Shown piece after piece: positions 60,911 to 64,000 of a stretch of DNA of 64,000 nt. This DNA comes from Nitrosopumilus sp. (lineage in GTDB: Archaea > Thermoproteota > Nitrososphaeria > Nitrososphaerales > Nitrosopumilaceae). The first letter of the stretch is position 1; each line of letters begins with the position of its first letter. The stretch covers positions 608,001 to 672,000 of the forward strand of contig CBDBGZ010000009.1 of the NCBI GenBank assembly GCA_965205425.1, read 5' to 3'. The position numbers and the translations under genes were made by a program. Under the pieces are notes generated by a model. That model saw only the letters and a program-made list of their open reading frames with translations, was not told where the DNA came from and searched no databases.

Positions 60911-61975
60911 ATGATAAAAAATCAAGATCGCATGCAATCGCACACAATGGAATTACCTAGGCTCATTGAAATTGGAGAAAAAAACATCAATGATTTTGGA
61001 AAATTCCTCATTTCATTAAACAAACCAAAAAAAGTATCATTGGTAGCTGGAACAAACGTTCAAAAAATTTTAAAGAAAAAAATAGAAAAATCATTAAAAA
61101 CAAAAAAAATTCAATTTATTTGGCATACTTCTATAGATAATCAAATAAAATCATTAAATCAAATACAAAAAGATGTTAAAAAAGATAATTCTGATTTAAT
61201 TGCAGGTATTGGTGGTGGACGTTCAGTAGATACTGCTAAATTAATTTCATACAATTTAGGAAAACCATTTGTAAGTTTGCCAACTGCAGCTTCTCATGAT
61301 GGAATGGCAAGTCCATTTGTATCAGTTAAAAGTGATAAACCGCATTCCATTGTTGCGACTGCTCCAATGGGAGTTTTTGTGGATATTGATATTATCAAAA
61401 AAGCTCCAGCAAAATTGTTAGCTAGTGGATGTGGAGATCTTATTGCTAATATTATTGCAGTAAAAGATTGGCAATTAGGTCACAAAAAGAAAAAAGAATA
61501 CTACGGAAGATATGCAGCTGATTTGGCCATGATGAGTGCCAAAATAGTAATGGAGAATTCTTCTGAATTTGCCAAAAAAGGATTAGATGCAAGAGTAATA
61601 GTTGAAGGATTGATTAGTGCAGGAGTCGCATCATGCATTGCTGGAAGTAGTAGACCATGCTCAGGTGCAGAACATCTTGTTTCACATGCACTTGATAAAC
61701 TTGCTCCAGGAATTGGATTGCATGGAGAGAAATGTGGATTGGGTTCTATTATGATGGCAAAACTGCAGGGACAAGATTGGAAAAAAATTATTAAGACTTT
61801 GAAAGATGTTGGAGCTCCAACTACTGCAAAACAAATTGGTCTTAAACCAGAAGTAATAGTTAAAGCTCTAATGATTGCACAAGATCTAAGACCAGAAAGA
61901 TATACAATTCTAAAAGAAATTAAAATGACTGAGAAAACAGCATTGAATCTTGCAAAGAACACTAAAGTAATTTAA
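60911..61975 (+). CDS. egsA: sn-glycerol-1-phosphate dehydrogenase
   Basis: GGGRSVD.AK, PTAASHDG.ASP, SRPCSGAEH..SHA and HGEKCG motifs. Confidence 0.96.
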   Translation: MIKNQDRMQSHTMELPRLIEIGEKNINDFGKFLISLNKPKKVSLVAGTNVQKILKKKIEKSLKTKKIQFIWHTSIDNQIKSLNQIQKDVKKDNSDLIAGIGGGRSVDTAKLISYNLGKPFVSLPTAASHDGMASPFVSVKSDKPHSIVATAPMGVFVDIDIIKKAPAKLLASGCGDLIANIIAVKDWQLGHKKKKEYYGRYAADLAMMSAKIVMENSSEFAKKGLDARVIVEGLISAGVASCIAGSSRPCSGAEHLVSHALDKLAPGIGLHGEKCGLGSIMMAKLQGQDWKKIIKTLKDVGAPTTAKQIGLKPEVIVKALMIAQDLRPERYTILKEIKMTEKTALNLAKNTKVI

Positions 61976-62718
61976 GCAGTTTTTTGTTCTGGAGCTTTTG
62001 CTTTAATTTCAGGTTTCTTTTCTTGAGCTTGTTTGTTGATGTGAGTTTCAACAAAGCTAACTTTTTCTAAGGTTGGAACAAATTTGAAAACATCTAATTG
62101 AATAAAGTGTTTCATGATTTGTAATCCATCAGCACGAAGAATTTCTTCAGGAATTGTAACACTTGCTTCTTTATCTTTTAAGTCAAATGCAATTTTTGTA
62201 TCCTCTACAGGTAATCTGTTTTTAAGAATTCCATCTACTCTGTCACTTGGAGAATCAAGTGATTTGATAACATTAACATCAAACAAAATTGTTTTTCCAG
62301 CATATCTGTGATTGTAATCTACTTGAACTCTACCTGAACCAATATAACGAATAATTCCTCTTTTATTATCAACTTCAATTGTGTCACCAACTGTAACTTT
62401 CTCTGCATCTTCTCCTAGTTTTCTAATAGGAATCATTCTGACTTTTCCAGAATCTCTTTCACCAAAACCTTTGTCAGGTGTTACTTCTACTGTAAGTTTA
62501 TCACCAACTGCAGTTTTTGCAAGTGCTTCATCAAGTCCTTTTAGAACAGGATAAGAAACTTCACCAATAGAAACTAGTTTTGGTTGATACTTTACATTTT
62601 GTTCATGAATAGAATGTTTTTTTGCATCTTCTTCAATTGTGGTATCAAATATTTCCTCGGTATCTTTTACTCTTGCAGTATAATCTACTAAAATTAATGA
62701 TCCTTTATCAAATGTCAA
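61972..62718 (-). CDS. Long-type archaeal FKBP peptidyl-prolyl isomerase (SlyD-like)
   Basis: VDYT...FDTT, GLDEAL, P.KGFGER and VDYNH.YAGK motifs. Confidence 0.94.
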   Translation of the reverse strand: MTFDKGSLILVDYTARVKDTEEIFDTTIEEDAKKHSIHEQNVKYQPKLVSIGEVSYPVLKGLDEALAKTAVGDKLTVEVTPDKGFGERDSGKVRMIPIRKLGEDAEKVTVGDTIEVDNKRGIIRYIGSGRVQVDYNHRYAGKTILFDVNVIKSLDSPSDRVDGILKNRLPVEDTKIAFDLKDKEASVTIPEEILRADGLQIMKHFIQLDVFKFVPTLEKVSFVETHINKQAQEKKPEIKAKAPEQKTA

Positions 62719-62759
62719 TGTGATCGGTCTCGAATTTCCTTATATTAAGTTAACAGGGT

Positions 62760-63905
62760 TTAGAGAGCTTTTAATTTTTCTTCTGCAGTTTTAAGTCCTG
62801 CTTGAGCATCTACATCATATCCCATCATTGATAGTGTAGCTGAGATTGAAGAAATAGTTCTCATTACATGATAAGGACTAACTTCACCCATACATCCAAC
62901 TCTGAAGACTTTACCTTTAAGATCACCAAAGCCACCAGCAACTAGTACTTTGAATTTATCAGCTAATGTACTTCTAAAAATTTTGTCTTCAAGTCCATCC
63001 AAGTAATTTAATGCAATAATTGAGATTGAACGATCTTCTTCTTTTGCAAATGGAGAAAGACCCATTGCACTTAGACCAGAGTATAATGCATCAGAACAAA
63101 CTTTATGACGTTTAAAGACATTTTGTAATCCTTCTTCTAAGATCATGGATAATGCTTCTCTATATGCATACATCAATGGTAATGCAGGTGTGAAAGGAGT
63201 ATGTTTTTCTCCATCATAAAACTTGAAGTATCTTGCTAAATTGAAGTAGTGTGTTGGTGGTGGATTTTCAATCATGTATTTTTTGGCTTTAGCACTAACA
63301 GATATTGGTGAAATTCCTGGAGGAGCAGCTATTGCTTTTTGTGCACCAGTAAGACATACATCAATATTCCATTTGTCTACTGGAAGTGGAGCACCGCCAA
63401 GTAGTGAAACAGAATCTACAACATAGAATGCATCATTCCTTGAAGTTAAATCAGATACTTTATCAAGATAATTTATCATTGTTCCTGTTGAAGTTTCATT
63501 GTGAACAGCATAGAATGCTTTTACATCTTTGTTATTGTCAAATGCTTCTTTAACTTGATCAAAAGTTGCGTTTTCTCCGAGTGTAGTTTGAAGTTTTACA
63601 ACATTACCTCCTTGGCCTTCAATTAATTCTGATAATCGTCTACTAAATTCTCCATTTACAGGAATGATAACTTTATCACCTTTTTTAACTAAATTTACAA
63701 CACTTGCTTCAACTGCACCAGTTCCTGATGCAGATAATGCTACAATATCGTTTTGTGTTTCAAATACTTGTTGAGTTTTATCAACAACATCAGTGTATAA
63801 TTCTACAAAATCATCGCTTCTGTGATTGATAATGGGTGCTAACATTGCCCTCATTACTCTATTTGGTACATTTGTTGGACCAGGAAGCATTGAAAGATAT
63901 TCCAT
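62760..63905 (-). CDS. Class V PLP aminotransferase (alanine-glyoxylate/serine-pyruvate type)
   Basis: PGPT.VP, SGTGA.E, HNETSTG, DSVS and QKA..APPG motifs. Confidence 0.93.
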   Translation of the reverse strand: MEYLSMLPGPTNVPNRVMRAMLAPIINHRSDDFVELYTDVVDKTQQVFETQNDIVALSASGTGAVEASVVNLVKKGDKVIIPVNGEFSRRLSELIEGQGGNVVKLQTTLGENATFDQVKEAFDNNKDVKAFYAVHNETSTGTMINYLDKVSDLTSRNDAFYVVDSVSLLGGAPLPVDKWNIDVCLTGAQKAIAAPPGISPISVSAKAKKYMIENPPPTHYFNLARYFKFYDGEKHTPFTPALPLMYAYREALSMILEEGLQNVFKRHKVCSDALYSGLSAMGLSPFAKEEDRSISIIALNYLDGLEDKIFRSTLADKFKVLVAGGFGDLKGKVFRVGCMGEVSPYHVMRTISSISATLSMMGYDVDAQAGLKTAEEKLKAL

Positions 63906-63944
63906 CTGTTATCTAACACCAGTTATTTTGGGGTTTATTTATAA

Positions 63945-64000
63945 TTAGAGATTTTTCAAATGTTCTTTGGCACCAGTTTTTTCCAAAAAGTTTCTTGTAC
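63945..64000 (-). CDS. Probable 3' end of a gene entering from beyond the window
   Basis: Open frame ...TRNFLEKTGAKEHLKNL* ending at 63945. Confidence 0.3.
   Translation of the reverse strand, partial: TRNFLEKTGAKEHLKNL

Overview
AT-rich archaeal chromosome segment. The gene content points to an ammonia-oxidising thaumarchaeote of the Nitrosopumilus type: A-type ATP synthase, Amt, PEFG-CTERM and CFI-box surface proteins, egsA, pok/pps, aCPSF1, SepF and proteasome beta. Most of 33-64 kb is core housekeeping. Three parts carry most of the interest. (1) 1.5-4.3 kb is a decaying region with two inverted copies of a 135-bp TA-targeting MITE; excising either copy restores the reading frame of the gene it interrupts. 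(2) 4.3-17.6 kb is a metal-handling cluster (CopCD-propeller, cupredoxin, ZnuABC-like transporter, NikR-family regulator). Five of its exported proteins are predicted to have His as mature residue 1, including three paralogues that carry different C-terminal anchors. (3) 26.9-32.2 kb is an accessory island with an Lrp/AsnC-GAF regulator, a divergent five-gene operon, three Cys-rich microproteins missing from the ORF track, and a P-II gene split by a recent IS5-family element with a -1 frameshift. A second MITE type lies in the tmk/hsp20 promoter region, a Cas4-like Fe-S protein looks catalytically dead, and several more short ORFs were found by hand. No rRNA, tRNA or CRISPR array was recognised. 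All family calls come from motif recognition by eye; no database searches were run.
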